Part shown: in pieces, positions 1-17,319 of the stretch
How positions within the stretch are numbered: the first letter of the stretch is position 1
Layout: each line of letters opens with the position of its first letter
Source of the DNA: the human T2T-CHM13v2.0 reference genome, Homo sapiens
Assembly: GCF_009914755.1 (NCBI RefSeq)
Contig: NC_060926.1
Length of the DNA stretch: 64,000 nt
Strand: one strand, 5' to 3'
Position numbers and translations under genes: made by a program
Notes under the pieces: generated by a model
What the model saw: the letters and a program-made list of their open reading frames with translations, nothing else
The model's database searches: none
Told to the model about the DNA's origin: nothing

Positions 1-960
1 ATAGCTTTTATCTTGGAATTCTAGCCATGAGATAGGAATTCAATAGCTTTTACCTTGGTCTATAAACATGTACACATGGCTGAACTTTGTTAGCCCCAGT
101 AGGTAATCCAGTGAAGTCTGTGAACCAAAATTTTGGGTAAAGCAGTTTCCATGGCAGCTTGATTTTTAAAGGCTAAACTTTCCCAGGCTCCAAAGAACAC
201 TGGGGCCAACCACCAAAGGAGAACATCACATACTAACCAAGCCCAACCCTGTCTAGAACAGCAGCCCAAAAGCCTGGATACATGCACCTGCATTCCACTT
301 TACCATTTAATAGCAAATTCCAGATTCCAAACAATATCGGGGCCAAATAGTATTACACAAAAATATCAAATTTTCTGAATTCTAATTTCCCATGACTGTA
401 TCAAACACATACCATTATCAAAACATAATCTAACTGTTGCAGCAACAAACAAGCCCCAAGAGTGTCCAAACTAAAACAATTGGGGTGCTTCCTCTTTCCA
501 TTGGTTGGGCTTGATCAACCTGCAAACGAAAATACCTTAGGAATTTCCCAAATTAAGAGTTGCTGATCCTGCTGTCTGATACCCACAAAAGACACTCACT
601 TGCCTGGACACACATACAACTCCAAACAAGCCCCCAGCAGTGTCCATACTGAAAGAGTCAGGGTGCTTCTTTCTCTCAGTCAGTTGGGCTTGCTCAACCT
701 GCAAATGGAAATTCCCTTTAAGATCCTGCTGTCAGGTCCCACAAAGACACTCGCCTATCCAGACACAGATGTCAAATTTCAAAGACAGTTCTTCCCTGGC
801 AATCAGGAACATATTTGGGGTCGGCTATGGCAGAGCCAGAGAGAGACAGAAAATCACTTCCAGCCAAAATGGGTGATCAGCTACTTACGAGGGCTTCTGA
901 GACATGGCCCATGACAGCAAAGCCATGAGCAACATGTGCCCAGTCAGGGAACCAAAATCT
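1..960 (-). mobile_element. ERV1 (MER4-group, MER66-like) internal 5' leader region, element B; continues beyond window start
   Basis: Follows LTR 961-2025 on the minus strand and begins with a PBS. Visibly homologous to 9067-10090. Contains two related leader repeat units (acaagcccc...gtgtcc...) near 448 and 625. Confidence 0.75.
937..954 (-). promoter_or_regulatory. Retroviral primer-binding site, tRNA-Glu type
   Basis: Plus strand tgcccagtcagggaacca matches the tRNA-Glu 3' end ttcccggtcagggaacca at 16/18, a few nt downstream of the LTR end. Confidence 0.8.
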
Positions 961-1188
961 TTTCACTAAACACCAGGGGTTTGGTTTAGGTCTTGCTGCT
1001 CACCACACAGGAAGCCAGTGATTGAGATGACAAGTACTGCTGAGGAAGAAGGCTTTAATCTGGTGCTGCAGCCAAGGAGATGGGAGCTCAGTCTCAAATC
1101 CATCTCCCTAATGGACTAAAACTAGGGGTTTACGTAACAGGGAAGAAATGTAACAATGTGTAAGAAAATAGGAACTAGGGAGGAGCAA

Positions 1189-1551
1189 TGATATGGTTTG
1201 GCTCTGTGCCCCCACCCAACCATCATCTCGAATTGTAATCCCCACATGTTGAGGAGGGACCCAATAGGAAGTGACTGGATCATGGGGGAGGTTTCACCCA
1301 GACTGTTCTCATGATAGTGAGGGAGTTCACATGAGATCTGATACTTTAAAAGTGGCAGTTTCCCCTGTGTTCTCTGTCTCCTGCCAACTTGTGAAGAAGA
1401 CGCCTGTTTCCCCTTCACCTTCTGCCATGATTATAAGTATCCTGAGGCCTCCCCAGCCATGTGAAACTTTGAATCAATTAAACCTCTTTCCTTTATAAAT
1501 TACCCAGTCTCAAGTAGTATCTTTGTAGCAGTGTGAAAACAGACTACTACA
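1189..1551 (+). mobile_element. THE1 (THE1D-like) MaLR solo LTR
   Basis: Starts tgatatggtttggctctgtg and ends gtgtgaaaacagactactaca. Flanked by agcaa/ggcaa (5-bp TSD, 1 mismatch). Confidence 0.9.
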
Positions 1552-1668
1552 GGCAAAGAAGCAATCATGATAAATGAGGGCTCCAGGATGTCATTGTCTG
1601 GATGTGGTGACCTGATGAGTTTCAGTTCATTGATGCTTTTTTTGAGAGGCCTGAAGGTTGTTTTTTGA

Positions 1669-1988
<320 letters not shown>

Positions 1989-2022
1989 AGTTTTAAGCCT
2001 TATGATCAGAAGGGTCTATTTC

Positions 2023-2076
2023 TATATTTAATATATATATTAAATATATTTATATTTATATATATTATATAACATA
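2023..2076. repeat. AT-rich tract containing a perfect 26-bp palindrome (2023-2048)
   Basis: tatatttaatatatatattaaatata equals its own reverse complement. Confidence 0.9.
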
Positions 2077-3443
2077 TGTGAAATTTGACTCCATGCTAAA
2101 TCTAGCTTTATGCTTCACTATGTTAAAAAATAACTGCCAAACTGTCAATTGGTTTTTTACTATAATTCTTATTTTACCTTCATCAAGACTAAGAGCTTTA
2201 ACTATGAGCAATGATAATTAGCCAGATTTTTCCAGTTTTCTATCAGGTTTTAAAGAATATTTTATTATTTAAACTTTTTCAACTTTTATTTTCATATGCA
2301 TGAAGATACACACACAAAGAGGAGAAAACTACGTATGATATACTCAGGCCACCTATGACATGCTTGGACATTCTGTTTTGTCCTAAATTTTCTTTTCTTT
2401 TTTCTTAATTTTTTTTTAAATTACCAATCATTTTACTTTAGGACAAAAATTTGCCATACAAGATTCCTTCTCATACAAAATTATTGTCTTTTCTTTATAA
2501 CCTTCCTTACCAAAAATTCATCTTCATACACATAACTTTCTTCACATTTCTCTCTGCTATTTACTGGTTCCTTTCTATCTTATTTCATAAATAACCTTTT
2601 TAAGTCCATAATTTGAATTAATCTTTAGATAACTTCTGAATTAGACAACATTATTCTTTTACTCAACAAGAACACATCTCTGGCACATTTTGTATACAGA
2701 ATTATATACTAACTAGAGTAATTATTCATAGTAACCTTAAATTTTAGTGACAACTAAGGAGAAATCCTGAGCTGCCTATCAGATATTAGCATTTTATAGA
2801 TGAGAATTATTCTGCAATTTTTAGAAACATGTTTCTCTATATCATAACCTTTTCTTAATTGTAAACGACCCAGACAGCCGATGAGCATCCAAAATGATTT
2901 TAAGAGTTTAAATTATGGAAAAAGTTCACCTACAGCACTTAGCCATTTACATTCTATTTATTTTAGCAGTTTATCTAGATTATTTACATACCATTTTCTT
3001 GTTAACCATCTTATATTCTGTGAATATAAGATGTTCAACTAAGTAAGAACCTTTAATTATTTGAGTATTTTTACTAATAACTCAGAAGATTCAGCTGTTT
3101 TCATTAAATCAACAACATTAAATTAGTCTTACTTATCAAAACAGATTTGCACAAACAAAAAGCATTGTGTTTTGGCTAGGTTTATAGTTTTATAACCTTC
3201 TGTGCCAAACCCTGACACCTCAAAATATCTAACAGAGACAAATATGAAATCCAGACAAAAATTAATGATGACAATTCTGTAGACATTTCTATTTTTATTT
3301 TATCAATAGTTTTAAAGCCAGCTTGTTTATTAAAAATTTACTAAGCCACGTGAAATTGAAAAATACTTTGGACTTAATTATGAGCACTCTTTTTTTAATA
3401 AGCTAATTTGGTAGACACAATATATTAAAAATGTGCAGATACA
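2077..3443 (-). mobile_element. ERV1 MER4-group internal sequence (element A, distal part)
   Basis: AT-rich non-coding MER4-int-type sequence. Joins 9008 onward once the L1 is removed (gtagacacaatata...aaatgt[L1]aaatgtacatacac). Confidence 0.65.
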
Positions 3444-3628
3444 GCACACAGTTCAGAAGTTGAGAGCTGAGTGTCAGCCGCTCTAAAATCTTCCAGAAAT
3501 TAAGCCAGTCAGCTGAATCCACCTTATACCACCATCAAACCCTCAAGGTCATCAAATAGGATAAAAGAAACCAAAAAAATTCCAAAGTTCAGCACCTTCA
3601 AAGATTGGAGGAATATAAGGCCACAAAG

Positions 3629-4570
3629 ATGAGAAAGAACCAGTGTAAGAACCCTGACAACTCAGAAAGTTAGAGTGCCTTCTTTCCTCCAAATGACTGC
3701 ACCATCTCTACATCAAGAGCTCTGAACTGGGCTGAGATGGCTGAAATGACAGAAATAGAATTCAGAATATGGATAGGAACACAGAACATTGAGAGGCAGG
3801 AATATGTTGAAACCCAAACCAAGGAAACTAAGATAAAATAGCCAGTATAGAAAAGAATGTAACCAACTGGATAGAACTGAAAAACACACAAGGATTTTAT
3901 AATGCAATCACAAGTATTAGTAGTAGAACAGACCAATCAGAAGAAATAATCTCAGTTCTTGAATACTGGCTTTTTGAAACAAGACAGTCAGACAAGAATA
4001 GAGGATAAAAAGGGATGAACAGAACTTTTGGGAAATATGGCATTATGTAAATCTACAACTCATTGGTGTCCCTGAAAGAGATGGGGAGAGTGTAAGCAAC
4101 TTGGAAAACATATTTCAGGATATCCATGAGAACCTCCCCAACCTGGTTAGGCCAATATTCAAATTCGGGAAATGCAGAGAATCCCAGTAAGATACTTCAC
4201 AAGAAGATTATCCCAAAGACAATAATCATCAGATTCTCCAAGGTCAAAATGAAAGAAAAAATGTTAAAGGCAGCTAGAGAGAAAGGTTAGGTCACTTACA
4301 AAAGGAAACCTATCGGCCTGACAGCAGACCTCTCAGCAGAAATATTACAAGCCAGAAGAGACTGGGGGCCAATATGCAACATTCTTAAAGAACAGAAATT
4401 CCAAACAATTTCATATCTGGCCAAATTAAGCTTCGTAAGCAAAAGAGAAATAAGATCCTTTTCAGACAAGTAAATGCTGAGGGAATTTGTTACCACCAGA
4501 CCTGCCTTACAAGAGCTCCTAAAGGAAGCACTAAATATGCAAAGGAAAGACCATTGCCAGCCACTATAAA
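3629..4570 (+). pseudogene. Disrupted L1 ORF1p coding region
   Basis: ATG at 3629. Typical ORF1 C-terminal DNA (acagcagacctctcagcagaa...ccagacctgccttacaagagctcc) with stops and frameshifts. Confidence 0.8.
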
Positions 4571-4647
4571 AACACACCGAAGTACACAGACCAGTGACGT
4601 TATAAAGCAATCACATAAACAAGTTTGCAGCATAGCCAGCTAACATT

Positions 4648-8742
<4,095 letters not shown>

Positions 8743-9007
8743 ATTATGAGAACACATGGACACATAGAGGGGAACAACAGACACCTGGGCCTATCAGAGG
8801 GTGGAGAGTGGATGGTAGGAGGACAGAGAGGATAAGGAAAAATAACCATTTGGTACTTGGCTTAATACCTGGGTGATAAAATAATCTGTGCAACAAGCCC
8901 CCGTGACATAAGTTTTTCTATGTAACAAAACTGCACATATACACCTGAGCTTAAAATGAAAGTTAAATTAAAAGAAAAAAAACACAAACACACACAAAAA
9001 CAACAAA

Positions 9008-10090
9008 ATAAATGTACATACACATAAACACACCTAAACATATATACACACACACACACAAATCAAATAGCCCTTACCTTCTCACTCTAGCCATGAGATC
9101 TCAATAAAAAGTCACTGGTGTATGAACATGTCCATATGGCTACAGTTTGTTTGCCCCAATAGATAATTCAATGAAGTCTATGAACAAAAATTTTGGGTAA
9201 AGTAGTTTCCATGGCAGTTTGATTTTTAAAGGCCAAACCTCCCTAGACTTCAAAGAACACTAGGGCCAAATAGCACCACAGGAGGCCCAACCCTGCTTAG
9301 AACAGCAGCATAAAAGTCTGGATACATGGAACTCCATCCAACTTTCTCATTCAACAGCATTACAATTTAAAGACTTTCTGACATCAGACAAGATCAGTGC
9401 ATTCACGGTCGTATGACCATAGCCATCAACCCACAGTTACATTCAGCCTAACCCTGAAGAATGCACTCAAGAGGACTGCACTCTGGCATCAAATCCCAAC
9501 CTCCCATGACTACACTGACACACACACAATCCACAAAACACAATCCAACTGCTGTGGCCACAGACAAGCCCCAAGAGTGTCCAAACTGAAACAGTCAAGG
9601 TGCTTTCCCTCTCCATCAGGTGGGGCTGATCAACCTGCAAATGAAAATTTCTTAGGAATTTCTCAAATTCAGAGGAGCCAGTCCTGCTGTCTGACACCCA
9701 CAAAAGACAATTACTTGTTTGGACACACATAAAACAATTACTAACAAGCCCCAAGGGTGTCTAAACTGAAACAGAGTGCTTCCCTCTCTCAGTCTGTTGG
9801 GGTTGTTCAAATTTCAAATGGAAATTCCTTAAAAAATTTCCCAATTGAGAGGAGCAGATCCCACTGTCTGGTTCCACAAAGGACACTCATGTATCCTGAT
9901 GGAGGTGTCAGATTTCATAGATCGTTCTTCCTAGGCAATCAGGAATGCAGTTGGGGCCTGAGAGAGAGAAACTGAGATCCACCTCCCGCTAGGAAAGGGT
10001 TGGGCAGCTGCCTAGGAGGGCTTCCAAAACTCTCCTGGCCTGCAGCAGCAGAGCCCCTGGCAACATGTTTCTGGTTAGAAAACCAAAATC
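9008..10090 (-). mobile_element. ERV1 MER66-like internal 5' leader (element A, proximal part)
   Basis: Follows LTR 10091-10582 and has a degenerate PBS (ctggttagaaaacca). Leader repeat units near 9563 and 9744. Homologous to 1-960. Confidence 0.75.
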
Positions 10091-10582
10091 GGATACTGAA
10101 ACACCAGGGGTTCAGTCTAGGTCCTGCTGCTCACGGCACAGAAAATCAGTCACTGAGAGACAATCAGTGTTGCTAGGGAATAAGGCTTTAATCAGGTGCT
10201 GCAGCTGAGGAGATGGGACATCAGTTGCACATCTATCTCCTCAACCTACTAAGATTAAGGGTTTATATAGCAAGGAAGAAATATAACCATGTATGGGAAA
10301 ACAGGAATTAGGGAGCAGTGAGGAAGAGAAGTTGATCAACAAGAAGCAGGTGATCAGTTAGGCAATCATGATGGGTGAGGGGTCTGAGGTCTCATTGTCC
10401 AGATGCAGTGAGCTGGTAAGTTTCAGCTCCTTAATACTATCTGGGAGGCCTGACTTTTGGTTTTTTTGAGAAAGGAACTCAGATAAGACAAATGTAACTT
10501 TCCCAAGTTTTAATACTAGCAGGATCAATTGCTATGCTTATTCAAAAAACCTCAGCTCTATGGGACAATTGGGTCCGTTTCA
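10091..10582 (-). mobile_element. Complete MER66-like ERV1 5' LTR (element A)
   Basis: On the minus strand starts tgaaacggacccaattgtcccatag, is about 490 bp, has a TATA-like gctatataaa, and is followed by a PBS remnant. Confidence 0.8.
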
Positions 10583-10770
10583 ATAAAAAAGATAAAAGTC
10601 TTAAAATTATAAAGAAATGAAGTTAAAAGACTTCAAGAAAAAATGACAACATATGGATAATTAGAGTGTTTGAAGAAAACCATAGCAAAGGAAGAGAACA
10701 AATACTAAAAACTATGGTTTGAGAATCCTTGCTGAAATAAAAATCAGAAACTTATGAGCACCTGAAATGT
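10583..10770 (+). mobile_element. Ancient L1M ORF1 fragment
   Basis: caacatatggataattagagtgtttgaagaa...aacaaatactaaaaactat resembles L1M ORF1 DNA. Confidence 0.45.
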
Positions 10771-12349
10771 GAGTTTATATGTAATACCACAGGTAAAGTC
10801 CCTAATACATTATTCCCAAGACAGATAGCAATTTCTCTGAATGTTTCTGTGCTTAAAAGGGAATACAAGGAGAATACTTTATTATTTGAAATAATGTTCT
10901 GCTCAATCTGGTGGGAATACATTTCTGGTCTATTTTACTCACACAAAATTTATTTTATTACATTAAATTCAGTGATAGCTACTGAAAACCAAAACTCTCC
11001 TTAGTATCATAGTTACTTTGCCTCTCTAAATCTAGGAACTCTAACCCATGAAGAGGGGTTGACAGTAGGTAGCAGTATCATGAATATTGGTCAGCACTTT
11101 GGTCTTCTGAAATCCTTAGAAATGACTAAAATTAGTGGAATAAGAAGTAGAAACATGCTTCAAAGAAGATGTTACATTTCAAAATTCATTGCTTTTCCCA
11201 TATACCCTACTTGGTAAATTTAATCTTAGAGCCACTATCAGAAGTTTCCTCTTCAAGTCAACATGGAGATTAGCCTCAGATCTGTTGGTAAATGAGTGGA
11301 GTCAGAGCAGACCAGGGCAGAGCACAGCTGCACATCATTTCTTCAGCCTTGCATGCATTAGCCTTCCAACGGCTCATTCTGAAAATGGCCCTTATGAAAG
11401 CAGAAATATAATGCTACTAAAATGTAATTTAAGCAGGAGTTAAAGCAAAATTCCCATGCACTTAAAAGCAAGCAAAAAGTCATTTGTATTGTTCCATGGC
11501 ATTTTACAGAATTAACTGCATTGGTTAGCAAAATAGTTCAGCAAAAGCTGTCATCTTCTATTCCAAAATGTTTTTAGAAGAAATCTGAGGCATCAGAAGA
11601 CTTTAATACAAACAAAATATTCAATATATATAATTTTTGCTAAGGAAGTCAAATATTCGGTTTGTGTTTTAGCTTCAAATGAATATTTTTGAAAACCAGC
11701 ACTGAGAAAATGACAGAATCTATTAATCTCTTCTTCAGAATGAGACAGCTTCTCCTATACCTCATAGAAAAATACTGTTTCTAAGTAAATACGTAAACTG
11801 TAAAATACTAGATGAAAGAGAACCTGCCTTTGGTGGGCAGGTGAAGAGGTTTTCTATTTGAAGCACACCCTTCCTTTTACTGATATGATAATGATGGTTC
11901 CTATTTACCACTTTAACATTAGAAAAATTATGAGCCTTTTTTTGCAGTCAGACAGACAACAGGCCTGAATGTTGATTTCTTCAATGACTAAAATGCTGAA
12001 AATAATACACATGTTTCATGGGAGCCATAATGATTAAAATAGGTAATGCTGATTACTTATTTTTATTAAATGTCTACTACTTTCAAAGCAGTAGACATTT
12101 AGTAAAAATCTAGGATCAGAGTCATTAGAATGATTCTACTCTATGCTATTTCACTGAAATTGCTAATTTTCTGGATATTGTCAGTATAAGATTTAATTCT
12201 GGTTTGTTTTGAGATTTCTTTTAAATTTTAAAAAGTAAATGGATACATTTTAATATTGTTACATATCAAGAAATGTACTGACCACCCACTGACTTAAGTT
12301 CGTTTCCACCATTTCACTAAAATTAATCTCAATTAGGTCATAAATGACT

Positions 12350-12700
12350 TCTTTATAGATACCTTCATTTTCTTAGAATATATATCCTTTTTTAGTATCT
12401 ATAGTACTGCTTTTTTCTTGTCCTCTGCCAAACTCTCTGGCTACTCCTTTTGAATTTATTTTTCAGCATGTGCTGTATTTCTCTTAAAAATATTGATGTT
12501 CTTTAGGGCTATAATCAGCATTTTTCTGTCTCAGTCTGCACACTGTTTATGAATATCTTCTACTTTCATGACTTCACTTACCTTCTAGAGAGTGATGAGT
12601 TCATGATCATTCTCTCCAACTCAAATCTGAAGAATTAATGTCCTATGGTTGTCCTTCCCTGGGTGCTTCACAAGTGTTCCAAACTTACCATAGCAGATGT
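12350..12700 (+). mobile_element. L2 fragment
   Basis: Pyrimidine-rich L2 ORF2-like phrases (catgacttcacttaccttc...ctccaactc...gggtgcttcacaagtgttccaaactt). Confidence 0.55.
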
Positions 12701-12734
12701 TTAAAAACCAAAACCCTGACCCTAACCCTAATCA

Positions 12735-13225
12735 TAGACTGGTTTCTTGAGTGTACATAGTATCCTGGAGGACATTACACAAGCCATGCAATGCAGTCAC
12801 CAGTAGGTGCCAAATCTGAGAAAATAAAGGTTATAAGAGGAGGAGTAGGCAAGGAAAATGATTTCGGTTACATCACTGTTCTCTGTAAAGTTCCAGTTGC
12901 CTCAGAGAAGAAATGTAGATGTATTTCCTGAATTTTCTCTTTTCCACAACCCTATAAGAAATTAGTCCCTTGGGAACTAATACCTCTAACACAGTAAATC
13001 AAAATATTTTAGGGATAGGAATGAAATATTTTGTTAGTGGATCTTTGGGAGTAATAGTGAAAGAAGCCACTTCTATTCTTTCCTTCCTGCTTGATTCCTG
13101 GATCTGTAAATCCTGGTTATGGTAGAAGCAATTTCATAGACAGGCTACTTCTCCAGGGTATAAATGGTATTGTGGAGGACACTACGTCAGCCCTGAAAAG
13201 CAGAGTCATCAGCTGGTGCCATATC
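12735..13225 (-). mobile_element. Ancient ERVL internal fragment
   Basis: tcccttgggaactaatacctcta...gattcctggatctg...ccagggtataa resembles reverse-strand ERVL pol 3' region. Confidence 0.45.
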
Positions 13226-13279
13226 TGAGGGAAAAAAAGGTCTATGTCATTACAACAGAGTGATCAAGGGAAAAAGAAA

Positions 13280-14050
13280 TAAAAACAGAGCTGGAGAAGG
13301 ATAGGAACACATGTAAAAGATCCTTCTAAACCATATTAAGGACTTGAGTTTTATTTATGAGAACACTAAAAAGTTTCAAGAAGGGTAATAACATGGTCTA
13401 AATTTTTTGTTGTGTTTTGTTTTTTAAGTACTAGTGTCCACTATGACACAGGAACAACATTCTACATGAATTTACTACTTATACAATGTAGGCAAGAAAT
13501 AGAGGTAGATTAGGCTAGGGTAGAAGTGAAGATGAGGATAAATAAATTAGAATTCTTTTTATTGTTAAGTCTAATATGTTTTAACATTGGAATAGATGAG
13601 TAGAGGTTGTGTGGATGGCTGACCAACTCCATTGAGCTATTTGCTGAGATTAAAATACTGGATGTTAGGGGAGCAGTTTGGGTTGGAAATGAAATCAAGA
13701 ATTTTGTTTGGAGATAATTATATTTTAGATGCTTATTAAACATCCAATTATAGATGTTAGCTAGCATCTGGGTTGATGATTTTGGCATTTAGCAATTTGG
13801 CAATTGAACCACAAATTGTATAAGTATACAGTCAGTGTTTAATTCATGGAACAAGATGAATTCCCTGAGAAGATAATAATAGAAGAAAAAAAGATAATTA
13901 AATAGCGAATGTTGGGAAACTCCTAAATAGGAAAGTTGGAAAAATTAAGGAAGAATCAGCAAAGAAACCTGAGCTAGATAACTAACAGAAAAAGATCGTG
14001 CATAGAAATCAAGAAAATACAGTATTCAAAATATGCCATATTGTAAAAGG
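13280..14050 (-). mobile_element. L2 fragment
   Basis: ccatattaaggacttgagttttat...gaaatcaagaattttgttt...ttagatgcttattaaacatccaa, typical reverse L2. Confidence 0.65.
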
Positions 14051-14389
14051 TCTCAATTTCTTTTGATAACACAAATAGCTTTAAGGCAGAGAAGTGAGCC
14101 AAGACGGGGCTGGGATTTGATTGCTGTCATATCAACAATGCAGTGAAGTACCTGTCTCATTGCGTAGACCTCCTTCAGAATAATTTGTTATAACATCAGG
14201 TTAAGTTAACTGAAAAGCAAATTATAGTAATTCATTTCAAGAATGCCTATTTATTTCAAACTTGAATGGTTGAATATTGACAATTTTATGTGATTCAATT
14301 TAATAACGAGTAGCCATTAAAATAGATGATGTAGTCAATATTTTTAGACATGAAATGTACCTATGTAAGAAAATAAAACCTGTTGTCTT

Positions 14390-14690
14390 TTTAATATCCT
14401 ACAACAGGATAAATTCTAAGTAAGATATTTGAATGTAAAAAATTATTCAAGTACCAAGAATAAAATAAGTGAATTCCTCCATAACCTGGTATGAGGAAAT
14501 TTTTCTTTGCTGTGATTCAAGGTCAGAAATTACTAGAGAAAAGATTGATACATTCATTTACATAAATTTGTGAAGTATTTTATGATAAAATTATTATATG
14601 CAAAAAAGAAAGATAAATAACAAATTCGGACAATATATGAAACACATATAAGAAGCAAAATATTAACATTCCTAATATATAAGGGGCAGT
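14390..14690 (+). mobile_element. L1ME-type ORF2 3' fragment
   Basis: aaagattgatacattcatttacataaat...taacattcctaatatataag. Confidence 0.55.
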
Positions 14691-14719
14691 AAAATTAATG
14701 GCTTTGAGGTAAACTCTTT

Positions 14720-14870
14720 TAGGGACTTTGCATAAGTAACTCACGTTTAATAATGGAGATGGTGATATTTTACCTCATACAGTGTCTCATACAGTAAGTG
14801 AAGAAATGTATTTAACATCCTTGTCTGTGTATCAGATTCATAGGATATGTTCAAGGAATGGTAGTTTAGT
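14720..14870 (+). mobile_element. MIR fragment
   Basis: gactttgcataagtaac...taatggagatggtgata...tacctcatac. Confidence 0.45.
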
Positions 14871-17319
14871 GTAGTTCAAGGGGGATAATATGGCATGATA
14901 TTAATAGTGGAGTCCAACTGTAATCCTCATTATGAGTATAATCATACCATGTTAATGTACTTTCATTCAGTCAAAATCAAGTAATCATATGACTGTAGTG
15001 TCTATGGTTTACTATCATCTCCTCCTTCATATTAAGCAAAAGATCTAGCAATGAAGACTTAGAAAAATAACCATTATTATTAAGTTAAATATTTTTGTCC
15101 TAGCAGATACTTAGATAAAACTGAATAATAAAAAGGGTTCAGCAACAGGAGTTAAGACATTGACCACTGATAATAGAGGATAACTACTTGAACCAGTGCT
15201 ACAGTATGGCAAAGGGATTATTTCTATTGCAGGAACTGTGTGATTACGGGTAACTATCCCATCCTGAGAAACTCTTAGTGCTTGATGAAAACCATGAAAT
15301 TAATTGATAACATACCTGGGTTAATTTATCAAGGATTATTTTCAAAGGCTCTGTGTAATATGACAAAAATCCATAGAATCTGGAATTGGCCAACTGGAGA
15401 TTTTTAATCCTGGTCCCTTTGCCTAAATTGATCCAGCTCCTACCATCCCATACAGAAACTCACCCTTCTATTGAATCTGTGTATATGATGTTCCACTTTA
15501 ATAACTCCAATAACAGTGCCAGAGTGACTAACAAAGATACTTCAGTGATTGTTGTTCACTTGCACATCATCCCTTCAATAAATTAGGAGCCTGTCTTTAA
15601 TAATGGAGAATTAATATGAGTGTTATTTGTAATAAAAATAAATAGAAAATCTTTATTTGGATTATGACTTTTAGAATACTGTAATATAAATTTCTGATTA
15701 TGATGAAGGAAGCATATATTAAAACTATTCTTGTATCTCTTTCCATCAGTATTGAAGTCAATTTAGGAAACAGTTTTTGGACATTGGCTTTCTTTAATTT
15801 ATGGTGTCTGTCTCTTGCCGCTTCCTAGGTTACAGTTTTCGTGAAGAGCTTGATAATTTTTTTCTATTTCATTTTGTAGAATTACTTGGTAGGCTGAAAA
15901 GCAGTCCTACTTCAAGAGAAAATGAAATTTAGAAACCTCATTATTATAGCATTAGCTTATAACTGGGATTATTACTAATAATTATTTACATTATACGGTA
16001 CCTTGTGAACTGGCTTAATACCCTTTCAGTGATTGACTTCCCTTCCTTTTCCTCCAATAGCTAACATTTTCTTCTCTGTCAGTTTAACGGCTTTTGTAGT
16101 GATCTTAATGGCACTTTCCAATGTCCTGAAATATTAACATTATTTGGTTTGCTGAGAAAGGATCAGAATTTAGATACCTTGAGTTTGCTTTCAGCATGAT
16201 AATGAGATAGTTGTTTTGCTATGAGATAGTTATGCGGATGTTCACATACATTATAACTTGCAAACATGTTTATTTGGGTAAATCTAATTTCTCTGTCAAG
16301 AGCTAATCTACTTAAAATTAAGGGCTTTTTTTAATTTAAAACGTTTAAAGGGAAAACTTATCACTAATCAATATTAGAAAGTATTCAAAAGCTTTGTTTT
16401 CTTTCTTTGGAACATCACCAACCATGCAGAGAGAGTTATCATCTTGAAGTAAAGTAGGAACTAGTCCTACACTACCTCTAGAAACACATTCCCTGCCTTC
16501 CTAAGAAGCTAGCTATCCCACCAATCGCCAGATTTCACCTCCCGCGGGCTCTGCCTACTATGTCAAATTAGCCCACATTATCCAATTTACAAATTCTTAT
16601 CTCATTAGTGATTATATTTGCAATGTATTTGTGATTGCTCTTTCCCCTAATAAAAAGACAAATTTCTAGTATATAATTAGTGTCCACATTTGGACCTGAT
16701 GCCTGTACCTGCAGTAGTTTTATGTATTTTAACTGTATTTATAATTTATTTATTTACATTTGTTATTGAATATTTTTTCCAGGTACAACATGCTACCTTA
16801 TATTTGTAGGGACCTATATGACTGATGTCATAATGAATAGCCGCAGGTGCATCATAAATTTACATGACTACAAACAAAGTAATCTCCATTCCTGCTTATT
16901 TTCCAGAACATCACATCTCCCCGTTCTTGTGCTGGCAATCCACTTAATCTTACCTTCTTTATAGAAATAACTGTTCTTAGGTACTGTTTCAGAGGTATTG
17001 TCTAAGGGCCCATGATCCATGATTATTAGAATCTATGATTTAAAGGTTCATCTCTTTCATGATTGTATCAGCTTCCCCGAGATGTTTCTTGTGTAAGGAC
17101 CTGTATGTAAATTTAATTTTTTAAAGACTTCATGTAGACCTCCAGAAGTTTTAAATGTTCTCTTGAAGAATAGTTTGTCTCTTCTCCAAAAATTTGTCTT
17201 ATGATATATTTAGGAGGAAAGTATAGCAGAAAAAGATGACTTCCTACATAATATTTATTATCTACATCTTCTGCAGTTATCACACTTGATATCATTTATT
17301 ATCACACATGATATTATTT

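Noticed and set aside
448-770. CRISPR-like or other repeat-spacer array
   Set aside because: Two long diverged units in an ERV leader; eukaryotic context with no spacers or cas genes.
937-954. tRNA gene (also 47303-47320)
   Set aside because: Only 18-nt matches to tRNA 3' ends adjacent to LTRs, so these are PBSs.
1-960. Recent segmental duplication with 9067-10090
   Set aside because: Too diverged, with many indels; explained by two related ERV copies.
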